Assembly: GCA_014905635.1 (NCBI GenBank)
Contig: JABVCE010000002.1
Span: forward strand, 2,170,001 to 2,234,000
Direction of reading: 5' to 3'
DNA length: 64,000 nt
DNA from: Scenedesmus sp. PABB004
Lineage: Eukaryota
In this document: positions 1 to 13,370 of the stretch, in pieces
How positions within the stretch are numbered: the first letter of the stretch is position 1
How the letters are laid out: every line of letters begins with the position of its first letter
Program-made: the position numbers and the translations under genes
The notes under the pieces: model-generated
The model's database searches: none
Seen by the model: the letters and a program-made list of their open reading frames with translations, nothing else
Told to the model about the DNA's origin: nothing

Positions 1-2261
1 GCGAGGCGGCCGCGCGGGCGCGCGAGCGCGCTGCGAGCGGCCCCCGCCCCCGCCGCGCACCCGTCTGGCTCTTGCCGCGCATAACGACGCTGTTGGTCGT
101 CGCGCCGCCGCTGAAGAAGCGCACGCCGCGCACGAGGTCGCCGTCGCTCACGCCCGTGGCGGCAAAGAAGCACTGCGGCGCGGGCCGCCTCGTCAGGGCG
201 GCGGCGGCGCGGCGCCGGGCGCGGCGCGGCGCGGCGCTTCTGCCGGCGGCTTCGGGCGCCCGCGGCCCCCTTGCGGCGGCGCGCGGGTCCGCCGCGCACG
301 TCGTGGCCGCGCACGAGGTCTTCGGTGTGGAGAATCTTGTCCAGGTCGCGCCCGCTCGCGCGTATCGCTGCCGCGTCGGCCTCGTCGCGCGCCCAGAGTC
401 GGCCCTGGATCGAGCCGCCCATGCACTTGAGCGCCGCGGCGGCGATGACGCCCTCGGGCGTGCCGCCGATGCCCATCATCACGTCCACCGGCGCCTCGGG
501 CTTGGCGGTTTCGATCGCGCCGCCGACGTCGCCGTCGCTGATCATGCGGATGCGCGCGCCCGCGGCGCGGATCTCGGCGATGAGCTTCGCGTGCCGCGGG
601 CGGTCGAGCACGAGCACGGTCACGTCCCTGGGCAGCACGAGGCGCGGCGCGCGGCGCGCGGCGCGCACGCAGCAGGGCGTCGGCGCGTCGGCGCCGCGCC
701 GGCGCGGCACGCCCGGCTGCTGCTGCCGCCCCGGCGCCGCCAGGAGCGGGCGAGCGCGCTCCCGTCGCTCTGCCCTGCGCGCACCCGACGGGCTTGCCAA
801 GGCAGTTTGCGACCGCCTCGAGGTTGTGCGCAACGCTGTAGTTCAGGCTCACGCGCCGCGGGTCCACGCCCGGGCCGACCGCGAGCTTCTCCATGTAGAA
901 GCACGGCCCCGGGTCGTACATGCAGCCGCGCTCCGCGAGAGCGATGACCTGCACAGCGGCGGCGGCGGCGCACGCGGCGGGCGCGGCGCCGGGCGCGGCG
1001 CGGCGTCAGGCGGGCGCGGCGCACGCGGCGGAGAGAGCTAGAGAGAGCTGCGCCGGGCGGCGGCGCGGCGCGCACCGCGATCGCGCCGCTGCGGCCCTGC
1101 GCGGTGAGCGTGGTGCCGTCGAGCGGGTCGACAGCGATGTCCACCGCCGGCGCGCTGCCGTCGCCAATGTGCTCGCCTGGCGGCCGCGCGCAGCAGCGGC
1201 AGCGACACGAGCGGCGCGCGGTGGGCGGCCTGGCTCCGCCGCGCGCGCGGGGGCGCCCCGAGGGGCGAGCCCCGGCGGCGGCCCCGGTGGCCCCTCCCGC
1301 GCGCCGGGCCGCGCGCGCCGCACCGCAGTAGAGCATGGGCGCCTCGTCCTTCTCGCCCTCGCCGATGACCACGACGCCGTCCATCTGGATGTCGTTCAGC
1401 ACCTGGGGCGGCGGCAGCGGCCGCGGCAGAGGCGGCGGCGCGGCAGAGGGTGAGCGCGCGGCAGAGAGTCAGCGCGCGGCAGAGAGTGAGCGCGCAGGCG
1501 GCTCGCGGGCGGGCGCCTGGCGCGCGGGCGTGGCGCGCCTTGCGCATCATGTCCACCGCCGCCTGGTCGGCCGCGTTCTTGTCGCCCTTGCCCAGCCTGC
1601 GGGGCGCCGCGCCGCGCGGCGGTGAGGGCGCGTGCAGCGCGGGCGCGCGCAGCGCAGCGGCGCGCGGCGCGGCGCGGCGCGGCGCGGCGCGGCGCCCCCA
1701 CGCACCAGCGCGCGGCGGCGAGCGCGGCGGCCTCGGTGACGCGCACCAGCTCCAGCGCCAGGTTGCGGCTGGGCGCGGTGTAGTCGGGCCCGACTGGACG
1801 CAGCAGCGGCGGCAGGGCAGCAGCAGCGCCGGCGGTCACGCGCGGTCACCCGCGCGCCCGCCGGGGCGAGGCGGCCGTGGCGCGGTCGGCCCCGCGGCGC
1901 GGGCGCGCGACCGTCGGCCGCGGCGCCGCGTTGCTGGCGGGCCGTGGAGCGCGGGGACGTGGCGCACCGGCATCCTAGCTGGCCCGTCGACGGTTGCGGG
2001 AGCGCGGCCTGGCAGCCCAGTGCGCGCGCGCAGCGGTGCCGTGGCGGTCCCCCACGCACCATGCGACGCCGGCGCGGGCGCCTCCGACGGCAGGGGCGGC
2101 GCAGCGGTGGGGCTGGGCTTGCCCGGGCTCAGCACGCTCACGCGCGCGGTGGCCTTGCGCGCCCGACACGCCCCCGAGCTGCGAGGCGCGACCGGAGCGG
2201 CCGCCCCCCTGCCGCGCGAGCGCGCGGCACCCGCTGCGGTCGGTGCGCGCAGGAGCTGCAT
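1..2261 (-). CDS. glpX: Class II (GlpX-type) fructose-1,6-bisphosphatase / FBP-SBPase with a probable plastid transit peptide; at least 8 exons, 3' end beyond the window
   Basis: Spliced exons give [74 protein letters not shown] and [12 protein letters not shown]. The Ala/Arg/Ser-rich first exon (2261-2060) splices in frame to 1793. Confidence 0.93.
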
Positions 2262-2789
2262 TCTAGGCCGCGCGGTGGGTGCTAGTTGGCGGGCCGTCCG
2301 GCCGGGTGCTCCCGGCGGCAGCGGCGCGGCGGCGCAGCCACACGCGCGACGGGGCGGCAGCGGCGCAGCGCGGGCGGTCGCGCGGCGTCATCCTTTTGCT
2401 GCGAAGGATTCGCGCGGCGAGGCCGCGCCGATGGCGAGGTGAGTTCAGAGAGAGCGGCGTGCGCCCAGCCGCCGGCGCCGCACTGCAGCAGCCGCGGTGC
2501 CGCGTGCACGGGGCGGCGCCCGGCCAGGCGCGGACCGCGCGGGCGTGCGGCGGCGGCGCGCGTGCCGCGCCCGGTGCCCGGGCTCGCGCGCCCGGCGGTG
2601 CGGCCGCCCGCCAGCGGAGCAGCCGGGTGATCACGCCTCCCTGCGCCGCGCCGCGCTGTGCCGCCGCGGGGCTCGGCGCGGCGGTCCAGCCGCCGCGACT
2701 CGAAGCCGCCGGCGCGCGGCGCGTGCCTGCAGTGTCGCGCCGCGCCATGGCGCCTCACGCGGGGCACGACTGACGTAACGCGCCGAGCC

Positions 2790-5717
2790 ATGATGGAGGC
2801 GGAGGCGCTGCCGCCCCTGGGCGGCCTCGCCATCGGCGCGCCCGCCGAAGACGGCGGTATCGCGTCCGAAATCCGCGCCCGGCACGGCCACTCGGCGCAG
2901 CCCGAGTCGCAGCGCGTGCTGGCGGCGCTGCAGGCGGTGCTGGAGGTCATCGCGGGCCAGGGCATGGCGCCGACGCCGACCGCCATCTTCGCCGCCCTCA
3001 TGGCCGCGCTGGACCGCCCCGACGCCCAGGCCAGCCCTGAGGTGGGTGGTGCAGCGCGCCGGCACCCACCACGCGCGGCGCGCGCGCCGCGCGCGGCCCC
3101 GGGGCGCCCGCGGGCGCGCGGCGGCTGCCGGCGCCGCCGCCCGCAGCCGCCGGGCGCCGCGCCGAGCGCCGCGCGCCCGCCTCCCCGTCGCCCCGCAGAC
3201 GTCGCTGGCCATGTGCACGATCCTGGGGACCGCGCTCTCCCGCGTGCCGACGGGCGTGCTGCGGGCCAAGTTTGTCGGCAGCGTGCAGCTGCTCTGCCGC
3301 GTCGTCGGCGCGCAGCGCGGCGCGGCGCCGGCCGCCAAGGCGTCGCTGCTCTGCCTCGGCCAGGTCCTCGCCGCGGCCGAGCCGGGCGCGTGGCACGCCG
3401 CCGCGCCGGGCTGGCAGCTGCTGCTGGGCTTCCTGACCGACGCGCGGCCCAAGGTCCGCCGGCGCGCGCTGGCGAGCATGTCGGACGTCCTCGCCGCGCT
3501 GCAGGGCAGCCCCGCGAGCCTCGCGCCCGCGAGCGAGGCTGTCGTGGCACGTGAGCGGCGGCGCGCGCGTGCGCGGCGCGGGCGCGGAGCGGCAGCGGCG
3601 GCGAGCGCGGCGGCGCGCGTGCAGCCCACGCCGCCCGCCCGCCTCTGCGCGCCCGTGCCGCAGTGTGCAAGCTGGTGCTGCCCGGCCCGGCGGCGGCCGC
3701 GCGCGCCGCGGCGGCCGCGAGCAACAAGCAGCGCGCGGCGGCCGAGGCGGCGATCACGTCGGCAGTCGCTGACGTGCTGCACCTCCTCGCGGCACTCAAG
3801 TCCGCGGCGCCGCTGCTGGCGGGCGCGTCGCTGCCGCCGCTGGCCGACCTGCTGGTCAAGCTCTACGGCCTGCGCCAGCCGCTGCTCAGCCGGCACACGA
3901 GCGACGTGCTCGCCGCGCTCGCGGGCGCGCCGGGGAGCCACCTGAGCGCGGCGCAGCTCGGGCAGCTGCTGCGCCTGCTGGTCGACGGCGAAGCCGCGGC
4001 GCTGCTGGCGGCGGGGCTCGGCGGCGGCGGCGGCGGCGGCGGCGCGGGCGGCGACCAGCTGTCGGCCATGGCGCGCCTGCTCGAGGCCGGGCTGATGCGG
4101 TGAGGCGCGGGAGCGCCGCCGAATGAGGCAGCACTGCGCGGCGTGGCAGGCGCCGCGGGCGGCGGCCACGGCGGGCGCCGACACCCCCCCCCCCACTCCC
4201 TCCGCAGGCTGGCTGAGCTGGCGCCCGAGGCGGCCGCCAAGCTGCTGCCCAAGGTCGTGCACCTGCTCGTGCCGCTGGTGAGGCGCGCGGCGCTGGCGCT
4301 GGCTCCGCGGCCGGCGCGCGCGTCGCGGCACGCGCCCGCCGCAGCGACGCGCGCCCGCCCGGGCCGCGCCCCGCGCGCTCACCCGCTCGCCGCCCCGCCC
4401 CGCGCGCCCGCCGCCGCCGTCGCAGCTCGCGGCGGAGCAGGACGGCGTGCGCTACAGCGCGAGCGGCGCGCTGCGATCGCTCATTGGCGCCGTGCTGACG
4501 CCGGCGCTGGTCGCGGCGATGCAGGCGGCGCCGGCGCGCGGCGGCGCGCCGCCGCTCGCGTCGCTCGTCGCCGCGGTCGCGGGCGGCCTTGGGGCGCGGT
4601 ACCAGGAGGCGTGGGGCCTTGCGCTGCCCGCCGCGGCGGCGCTGTGCGAGGCGCTCGCCGCGGGCGGCGCCGCGGCGCTCGCGGCGCCGCTGCTGGCCGC
4701 GCTGGGCGAGATCTGCGCCGGCCTCGCGGACGAGGCGGAGCAGCGCGACGCGGGCGCCATGGACCTGGACGGCGAGCCGCCGGCCGGGCCCGCCGCGAGC
4801 GCGGGCTACGCGTCGGCGGCCGAGGCGGCGCTGGGCGCCGCGATCCGCGCGCTCGGGCCCGCCGCCGTGCTCGAGGCGCTCCCCCTGCAGCTGCAGGAGG
4901 GCCTCGCGGGCGGCGGCGAGGCGCGCACGTGGCTGCTGCCCGCGCTGCGCCGCCACGTGCGCGGCGCGCCGCTCGGCTTCTGGTCCGCGCAGCTGCTGCC
5001 GCTCGCGCGCCAGATGGGCGCCGCCGCGGGCGCCGCGAGCGGCGGCGGCCGCAAGGGCCTCGCCGCCGCGTGCCACGCGCTGGAGCTGCAGCTCTGGGGC
5101 TCGCTGCAGGCGTTTGCGAGCTGGCCGACCGACGCGCCGGAGGTGTACCCGGGCCTGGCCCCGGAGCTGGCGGCGGCGTTCCACACGCGGGAGGACCTGC
5201 GCGGCATCATCTGCGCCGTGCTCGTCCGCCTGTGCCGCCAGGCGCGCGGCGTCGCGGCGGCGGCGCTCACGCCGGGCGGGCCGCGCGCGAGCGAGGACAC
5301 GCTGGCCGCCATCCGCGGCCTCGGGCTCGCGTCGAGCGCCGCCGCGGCGGTCCCGGGCGCGGGGCGCGGCGGCGAGCACGCCGACGGCGACGACGACGAC
5401 GACGACGCGCCCGGCGGCGCCGCCGGCGGCGACAGCGACGACGAGGACGGTTATGCGCCGAGCGCCGGCCCCGGCGGCGCCGACGCGCCGCGCGGCCGGC
5501 GCGGCGGCGACGCCGGCGGCGACGCGGCGGGCCCCGACACGCCGGCGTCCGCGCCGCCGGGCTTCACGCCCGCCGCCGCGCTCGCGCAGCTCGTCGCGCT
5601 GCGCGGCTTCTCGGGGCAGTGGCTTCGCCTCATGTGCAAAATCTTCATCGAGGTGCGGCGGGCAGGCGGGCGGGCAGCGCGCTGCGCCGGGCTCGGTTGC
5701 GGGCTCGCAGTGCAGTG

Positions 5718-5751
<34 letters not shown>

Positions 5752-8700
5752 GCACACAGCCCACGCCGTGCCGCGCCGCGCGCCGTGCCGCAGGCGGGCC
5801 CCGAGGGCCGCGGCCACGTGGGCGAGGCGATCGCGGCGTACGCGTCGGTGAGCGAGGCCGGCGCGCTGGCCGGGCTCTTCCGCATCGCGCTGGGCAAGTA
5901 TGGCAAGGTGCGGCGCGCGGCGCGGCGCGGCGGCGCGGCGGCCGCGCTGCCGCGGGTGATGCGGGCGGGCGGCGCGGCGCGGCTCGCGGCGGGCGGCGGG
6001 CGGGCGGGCCGCGGCCGCGCGCGCGCACCGCTGAAGCCCCCGCGGCCGCGCGGCGCAGATCGGGCGCGACGCGGCGGCGGAGGTGCCGCCGCCGGACGTC
6101 ATCTCCGAGGGCGGCAGCACGCCCGAGGAGCGCCAGGCCGCGTTCCTGGAGCTCGCGCTCTGCCTCGCGGGCGGCCTGCCGGACGCGGCGCTGGACCCGC
6201 TGTTCGCGGTGCGGGGCCCGGCCGGGGCGGCCCGGCCCGGCGCGGGGCGCGCGCGCGCGCGCGCGCGCGCGCCGCAGCTGCGGCCGCGCGGCTCACGCGC
6301 CACCGCCGCCGCCGCTGCGCGCCCGCGCAGGCCTGCCGCGCGCACGTGCTGGGCGGCGCGAGCCTGCTGCAGAAGCGGAGCTACCGGGTGCTCGCGTACC
6401 TTGCCGCGAGCCGGCCCGCGTGGCTCGTCGCGCACCTCGCGGCCGTGCTGGAGCTGCTGCTGCTCGGCAGCGCGGCGGCGCTGAGCCCTGCGAAGCGCTA
6501 CCGTCTGCGCTGCCTGCGCCCGCTGATCCTGCTGCTCGACTCCACGCCCTGCCCGCCGCTGCCGGGGCTCGTGGACGCGGCGAGCGGCGCTGAGGCGGTC
6601 CCCGGCGGCGCGGCGCTCGCGCGCGGCGGCGGCGACGGCGCCGACGCCGACGCGCGGCGCGGCGCGCTCGCGCAGCTGCTGGTCGGCGAGCTCGTGCTGG
6701 CGACCAAGGAGGTGCGGCGGCGTGAGAGAGGGGGCACGGGCGCTGATGGCGTTCGCCGCGTGCTGCGCCCGCGCTCGCACGCACGGGCACCCGCACCCGC
6801 ACACGCACATGCACGCACGCACGCGCACATGGATGCACACACCACACCCGCACCCCTGGCCAAAAGCGGAGGGCGAATAGGCGGGATTTGACCCGCCTGT
6901 GACGCGCCCTCCTGTCCGGCCCAGGCAGAGCACAGCGCAGGGGCTGTTCTATGGGTGAGCGGCGCGACAACCCCCGTGACGCGGCCGCTCAATCCACAGC
7001 CCCACATCCTTCTTCTTGACCCCCCGCCCCATCCTCACTGCACCGCACTGCACCTCACCGCGCACCCCCCGCATGCCACGCAAAGCGCACGAGCGCTCGC
7101 CCCGCGCGCGCGCCGCCCACGCCGCCGCCGCGCCGCCGCCGCCACCGCTGCCGCCCCCCAGGCCAACAAGAAGACGCGGACGGCCGCGTACGCGCTGCTG
7201 GTCGACATCGCCCACGAGCTCGACGACGCGCGCCCGCTGTCGCTCGCGCCGCACGGCGGCGCCGGCAGCGACAGCGACAGCGGCGGCGGCGGCAGCGACA
7301 GCATGAGCGACGGCGGCGACGAGTACGGCGCCAAGCCCTCGGCGCGCGCGCGCCGCTTCGCCGCGTCGGCGCGGGGCCGCCCCGCCGCGGCGAGCGGCGG
7401 GCTGCTCGACTTTGTGCACGCCGTCATGGCGGGGCTCGCCGGCGCGTCGCCGCACATGCAGAGCGCGGCGGTGCTCGCGCTCGCGCGGCTCGTGTTTGAG
7501 TTTGCCGGCGCGCTTGAGGGCCTCGTGGGGCGGCTGCTGCCCGCGGTGCTGCTGCTGCTGCGCAGCCAGAGCCGCGAGGTGGTCAAGGCGGTGCTGGGAT
7601 TCATCAAGGTGCGGGCCGCGGCGCGGCGCGGCCGCCCGGGCGCGCAGTCTGAACGGCGGCGCTTGACCGGGACGCCACACGCGATGCGTGCGCCGCCATG
7701 CGCTGACCTGCTGCTGCCCCGCCCCACACACCTCCCGTGCGCCCCCCGCTGGCGCCAGGTGTGCGCGATGCGCATGCCGGTGGACATGCTGCTCGTGTGG
7801 CTGCCGCAGCTGCTCGAGGGCATGCTCATCTGGGCTGACGACAGCAAGAACAAGTTCAGGCTCAAGGCGCGCGCAGCCGCTCTAGGGTTGACGCCCTGGG
7901 GCCCGGCGGCGCGCCGCGCGCGCTGCGCGCTGTGCAAGCCGCGCGCGCGCGCGCGGCCCGCCGACGCGCCCCGCCCCGGCCGCGCCGCCGCCGCCGCAGA
8001 TCCGGGTGATCGTCGAGCGGCTCGTGCGGCGCTGCGGGCTCGACGCCGTCGCGGCGGCGTGCCCGCCGGGCGACGCGAAGCTCATCGCCCACATCCGCAA
8101 GCAGAACACGCGCAAGGACCGCCGCCGCGACGGCGGCAGCCAGGTGCGCGCGCGGCGGCGCCGGCGCCAGCGGCGCAGGCGTGGCGTGCCGCCTGGCCGC
8201 AGCGCCTGCGCCTGCGCAGCGCCGGCGGCCGCGGGCCGCGCTCACCTACGCCGCCGCCCGCCACCCCGCCCCTCCGCCCCGCTGCCAGGCCGACGCCGCG
8301 GAGTTTGACCGCCGCTCCGCGCGCAGCGGCGCCGCGCGCAGCGTCGCGGGCCGCACCGCGCGCGCGAGCGAGTGGGGCCACACCGCCATCTTCAGCGACG
8401 ACGGCGACGGCGTGGAGGGCGGCAGCGCCGACGCGCGCAGCCTGGGCGGCCGGCCGGGCGGCCGCGGCGGCGGCCGCGCCGGCAGCGTCGCGGGCGGGCG
8501 CAGCGTCGGCGGGCGCACAGCCGCCGCCGGCGGCGGCGGCCGCGGCGGCCCACGCCTCGCCGACGGCGGCGAGGCGGGCGACCCGCAGGACCTGCTCGAG
8601 GCGGGCACCGCGCGGCAGCTCGTGCGCAGCGCCGCGGCGCCGCGGCCGGGCCCGCGCGCCGGCGCGGGCGCCGCGCCCTTCCCGCGCGGCGAGGACGGGC

Positions 8701-9299
8701 GGCTGGTCATCGCCGAGCCGCGCGACGACGAGGCGGCGAAGCGCGAGGAGGCGGAGCTCTTTGGCTGGAGCAAGCGGCCCAAGGGCCTCGCCGCGAAGCG
8801 CCGGCGCGGCGAGTTTGGCGAGGACGACGGCGACAGCGACCTCGACGACATGCGCGGCTTTGCCGGCCTCGCCGCCGCGGTGCGCGGCGTGGAGGGCGCC
8901 AAGAGCGTGCGCTTCGCGCCGAGCATCGCCGCGAGCCTCGGCAACCGCTCGCTCGGCGCCAAGACCGCGCGCAGCGGCGGCGGCCGCAGCGCCGGCGCCG
9001 GCGCGCGCAGCGTCGGCGGAGCGAGCGCGCGCAGCGGCGCGAGCGCGCGCGGCGGGCGCGGCGCGCAGCACAGCGGCGAGCGCTACGCGTCAAAGTCGGG
9101 CGCCGCGGGCGACGTCAAGAAGGGCGCCGTCGAGCCGTACGCGTACTGGGCGATGGACCGCAAGCTGCTCAACCGGCGGCGCGGCAAGCAGGCCGCCGCG
9201 TCCAAGGGCATCGCCGGCGTCGTCGCGGGCGCGGCGGCGGGCGCGGCCAAGGGCGCCAAGGCAAAGCGCGCGGCGGACACGAAGCGCGCGCGCCGGTGA
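2790..9299 (+). CDS. RRP12: RRP12-like ribosome biogenesis protein (HEAT/NUC173), multi-exon
   Basis: Motifs TDARPKVRR, ARTWLLPALRRH, LQKRSYRVL, LATKE/ANKKTRTAAY, SPHMQSAAVLALARL, SREVVKAVLGFIK, KNKFRLK and C-terminal GDVKKGAVEPYAY; TGA at 9297-9299. Confidence 0.9.
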
Positions 9300-9685
9300 G
9301 GGCGGGGGCTGCGGCGCGTCGGTGGCGAGCGTGGCAAATGCAGGCGTTGCAGCAGCTGGAGTTTGGTTTGGCAACCGCGAGAGTGAGGGCGGGACCCGGC
9401 GGCGGCTGCGCAGCGCGGCGGCGCAGCGCGGCGGCTCTGCGGCCGCGGCGGTGTGGGCGCGCGCGCGGTGCGCGCCGGCACAGTCGGTCCCGCACGCTGC
9501 GCCCCTCCGCCGTCGGCGGCAGCGCGCAGAGACGCCGCGGGCGCTTGCTCAAGCACCCGCCCCCCAAGCTCGCTCGCCACAGCGCGCCGGCGCCTCCTGA
9601 GCAGCGCGTGCTCGATATCAGTCCGTCGACGGCCGCTCGCGCCGGTCCGCGCCGCGCGCCCACCACACAGCAGCAGCGCCCCGCG

Positions 9686-11980
9686 ATGCTGGCCGCGCGC
9701 GCGCCCGGCGCGGCGCTGGGGCTCGGTCGGAGGCCGGTGAGGGGTGGTGGCGATATGGCGCGCCCTTTGAGCGCCGCACGCGCATTGTCGGGCCGCCCGC
9801 TGCGCCGGGCGGGCGCCCTCTGACCGCATCCTGCCCCGCAGGCGCCCGCCGTCGCCCGACACGCCGCCGCCGCAGCCAGCGCGCGCCTCACGCGGTGCGA
9901 ATGCGGAGACCGGTCGCGTGGGGCCTGGCGGGCGGTGCCCGCGTCACGCCCGCCGTGCGTGCTGCCACGCAGGACGGCGCCCCGCCCGACCTTGCCCGGG
10001 CGCGGCGACGCGTGCGTGGCGCGCTTCCTGCCCAAGGACGGCGAGCCGACGCCCGCGGAGGGCGCGGCGGCGCAGGCGCGCGCGCGCGCGGCGCGAGCAG
10101 CGGCGCGCCGCTGGCTGCGCGGGCGCGCGCGCGCAGCTCCGCCGCGCGGCGCGTGCCGCCGGCCGCCGCCCCGCGCGCCGCCGCCGCCGCGCGCCACCGG
10201 CGGCGGCGTCCTCCCTGATCCGGTCTCCGCCGCGCCGCGCGCGCGCAGCCCGCGCAGCCCGCCGCCGCGCCGGGCGGCGGCGAGGGCGCGTCGGCGCCGC
10301 CGCCGGGCTTTGTCACGCGCCGGCTGCTCGTCTTTGTCGGCATTGTGCTCGGCTACACCACCTTTTACCTCACGCGCGGCTCGCTCACCTACTCGGCGCC
10401 CGCGATGGTCGCCGACCCGAGCCTCGGCTTCACGCTCGGGCACATCGGGGCAATGACCAGCATCTTCCCGATGGCCTACGGCGTCTCCAAGTTTGCAGCA
10501 GGCGCGCCGCCGCCGCGATCGCCGCCGCAGCCGCGATCGCCGCCGCCGCCGCGCAGCGCGCCCAGCACGCACGAGCTGGCGCGGCGCGGCCGACCAGCGC
10601 GGGTGACCGCGGCTGACCGCCGCGCCCGCGCAGGCGTGCTGTCCACGGCCGTGAGCTCGCGGCTGCTGCTCGGCCTCGGCCTCATCGCGACCGCGGGCGT
10701 CAACCTCGCGTTTGGCGCGAGCTCCACCATGGCCGCGTTCTGCGCGCTCTGGGGGCTCAACGGCATGCTCCAGGGCGTCGGCGCGCCCGCGTGCGCGACC
10801 GTGCTCACGCGCTGGTTTGCCGCCAAGGAGCGGGGGACCTACTGGGGCATGTGGAACATCGCGCACAACCTCGGCGGCTTCCTCGCGCCCGTGATTGTCG
10901 GTGCGGCGGCTGCGCCGGCGGCAGCTGCGGCGGCGCCGGCGCAGTCGGCGGCGCGGCGGCGGCAGCGGCGCGGCGGCGGCTGCGGCAGCGGCGCCCGGCG
11001 CGCCCACGCCGCCGCCCGCGCCCGCGCCCGCGCGCGGCGCAGGCGGCTGCGCCAAGGCGTTTGGCTGGCGCTGGGGCATGTGGGCGCCGGGGCTCATCGG
11101 CGTGGGCGTCGGGCTCGCGGTGCTCGCCGCGGTGCGGGACAAGCCGGCCGACCTCGGCTTCCCGCCCGTCGACGCGCCCGCGGCGGCGGCGGCCAAGCCC
11201 GCGCCCGCGGCCGCCGCGCCCGCGCCGCCGGCGGCGCCAGCGGCGGCAGAGGCGCCCGCGCCCGCCGCGCCGGCCGCGGCGGGCGGCGGCATGATGGCGG
11301 CGCTGAGCAGCGTGATGCGGCTGCCCGCGATCTGGGCGCTCGCGCTCACCTATTTCTTCATCTACGTCGTCCGCCAGGTGCGGCGGCGGCTGCGCCGCGG
11401 CGGCTGCGCCTGCTGCTTGCGCGCCTGCGAGGCTGCAGCGCTGCGCCCCCGGCTGGGGCCGCGCCCGCCTGTGGCACCACCTGCCGCCGCGCGCCGACGG
11501 CCCGGCCGCCGCGCGCCGACGCCCCCAGGGCTGCACCAGCTGGCTGGTGTTCTACCTCATGGCCGAGAAGGGCGCCGCCGACGCGGGCGCGGCCGCGCTC
11601 ACCGTGTCGGGTGCGGCGCCGTTTGGGCTCCGTGGCGCGCCAGCGTACGCGGGCCAGCACGCGCGCGCGGCCGCTGACCGCCGCTGACTGCCACGCGCCG
11701 CAACGCGCAGGCCTGGAGCTGGGCGGCCTCGCGGGCAGCACCGTGGCAGGCATGCTGAGCGACCGCGCGATCCGCCGCGCCGGCCCGGGCGCGGGGCTGG
11801 TCGGCAAGCGCGTGCAGGTGGTCATGGCCTACACGCTCGCCATGGCCGGCGCGCTGGTCGCGCTGCAGGCGGTGCCGCCCGGCGCGCGCGCGCTGCAGTG
11901 GCTCGCGATCGCGGCGCTCGGGTTCAGCATCTACGGTGCGCGACCTGGGCCCCGCGGCCGGCGCGCCGCTCACTGCTACT

Positions 11981-12019
<39 letters not shown>

Positions 12020-12503
12020 CGTCGGGGCAGTGCTGCCCCGGTCAGCGCTGACGTCCCCGCCCGCGCGTCCCCTCCCCCCCCCCTGCCGCGCAGGCCCCCA
12101 GATGCTCATCGGCCTCAGCGGCGCGGAGCTGGTCTCGCCCGTGGCCGTCGGCGCGAGCCAGGGCGTGCTCGGCTGGATCGCATACCTCGGTGCGCCGCGC
12201 GCGCGGCGGCGCGCGACACGCTGTGCCACCGCGCGGCGGCCGCCGGCCGCGGCTGCCTGGATCCCCTGCGCGCACGTGCACACGCGGCCTTGCGCCTGAG
12301 AGTCGCCCGCCCGCCCACCCGCCCGCGCGCGCGCAGGCGCGGCCAACGCGGGCATCCCGCTCGCGTGGGTGGTGCAGACGCACGGCTGGGGCGGCTTCTT
12401 CGCGGCGCTGCTGGGCGCGTGCGGCGTGGCGCTCGCGCTGCTCGCGACCGTCGCCAACGCGCAGAGCTTTGGCCAGCGCGAGGCCAAGGCCGTCCCGGCG
12501 TGA
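9686..12503 (+). CDS. uhpC: MFS organophosphate:Pi antiporter (UhpC/GlpT-like hexose-phosphate transporter) with an N-terminal targeting peptide
   Basis: GYTTFYLTRGS, YGVSKF, LNGMLQG, LTRWFAAKERGTYWGMWNIAHNLGG, FFIYVVRQ, ELGGLAGS, YGPQMLIGL and GWIAYLGAANAG on GT/GC-AG exons. Confidence 0.88.
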
Positions 12504-13057
12504 CGAGCCGGCGCGCGGGGCGTGGGGAACCGAGCAGGACGGGCGGGCGCGCGGGGCGGGCCGGGCGGGGCATCGTCAGCGATGCCGGCGGCGGCCGGCG
12601 CCGCCAGCGCACGCCACAGCGCGCAGCGCGCCGACGGCTGCCCGGGCGGAGAACGAACGCGCCTGCACCCCAGGCGCCAGCAGCAGCATGCATTGTGTTA
12701 GGGGCGGCCTCCGGCGGGCCGCGCGTAGGCTAGCCGCATGCTGCAGGTGACGGCGGGCAGGGCGGCGGGCGGGCGGGCGCGCGCCCGCACTTGCATCGTT
12801 TGTATTGACCCCCGTGGCTGCTGCAGGCCGCATGGGGCCGGGCCCCAGGCCGCGCACGCCCCATGCCGGCGCAGTGACCACTCCCTCTTGCGGGCGCTAG
12901 AGCCGGTCAGATCCCCTTTGCACCCGCGACCCTCTCTGTTGCTGTTAAGCTTTAACATCCCTCTGCATGGCCCGGCCTAGGCTGGCTGGCTGGCTGCGTG
13001 CGGGCCGCGGCAGCTGAGCGCGCCGCCGCTCGGCTCGGCTCCACCAGTTACGTTGTG

Positions 13058-13062
13058 TGTAA
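13058..13062 (+). promoter_or_regulatory. TGTAA chlorophyte-type polyadenylation signal, probably for the UhpC-like gene
   Basis: TGTAA about 550 nt after the stop codon; this is the established chlorophyte poly(A) signal. Confidence 0.45.
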
Positions 13063-13370
13063 GCCCCCGACATTGTGCCGCAGCGGCCTGCGTCCGCGAG
13101 GCCCGCCGTTCCGCTGGCGCGCGCAGCAGCAAACGTCAGTGCAGGTGTGCGCTCCGCCTCGGTCATCGAACACACGACGGCAGTCACAAGGCGCCGAAGA
13201 CCCGCAAGTGGGGTTGAGGCCACCAGCATTTTGGTTTGTTCAAACCTGGCGCACGCGCGCCCATCAAACCCGTGCGCGATGCGGCGTGCCGCCGCGAGCC
13301 CGAGACGCCGCCCGCCGCCGCCGCCACATCCCCCCCGCTCGCTCGCCCCCGCGCGCCCCGCGCGCGCGCG

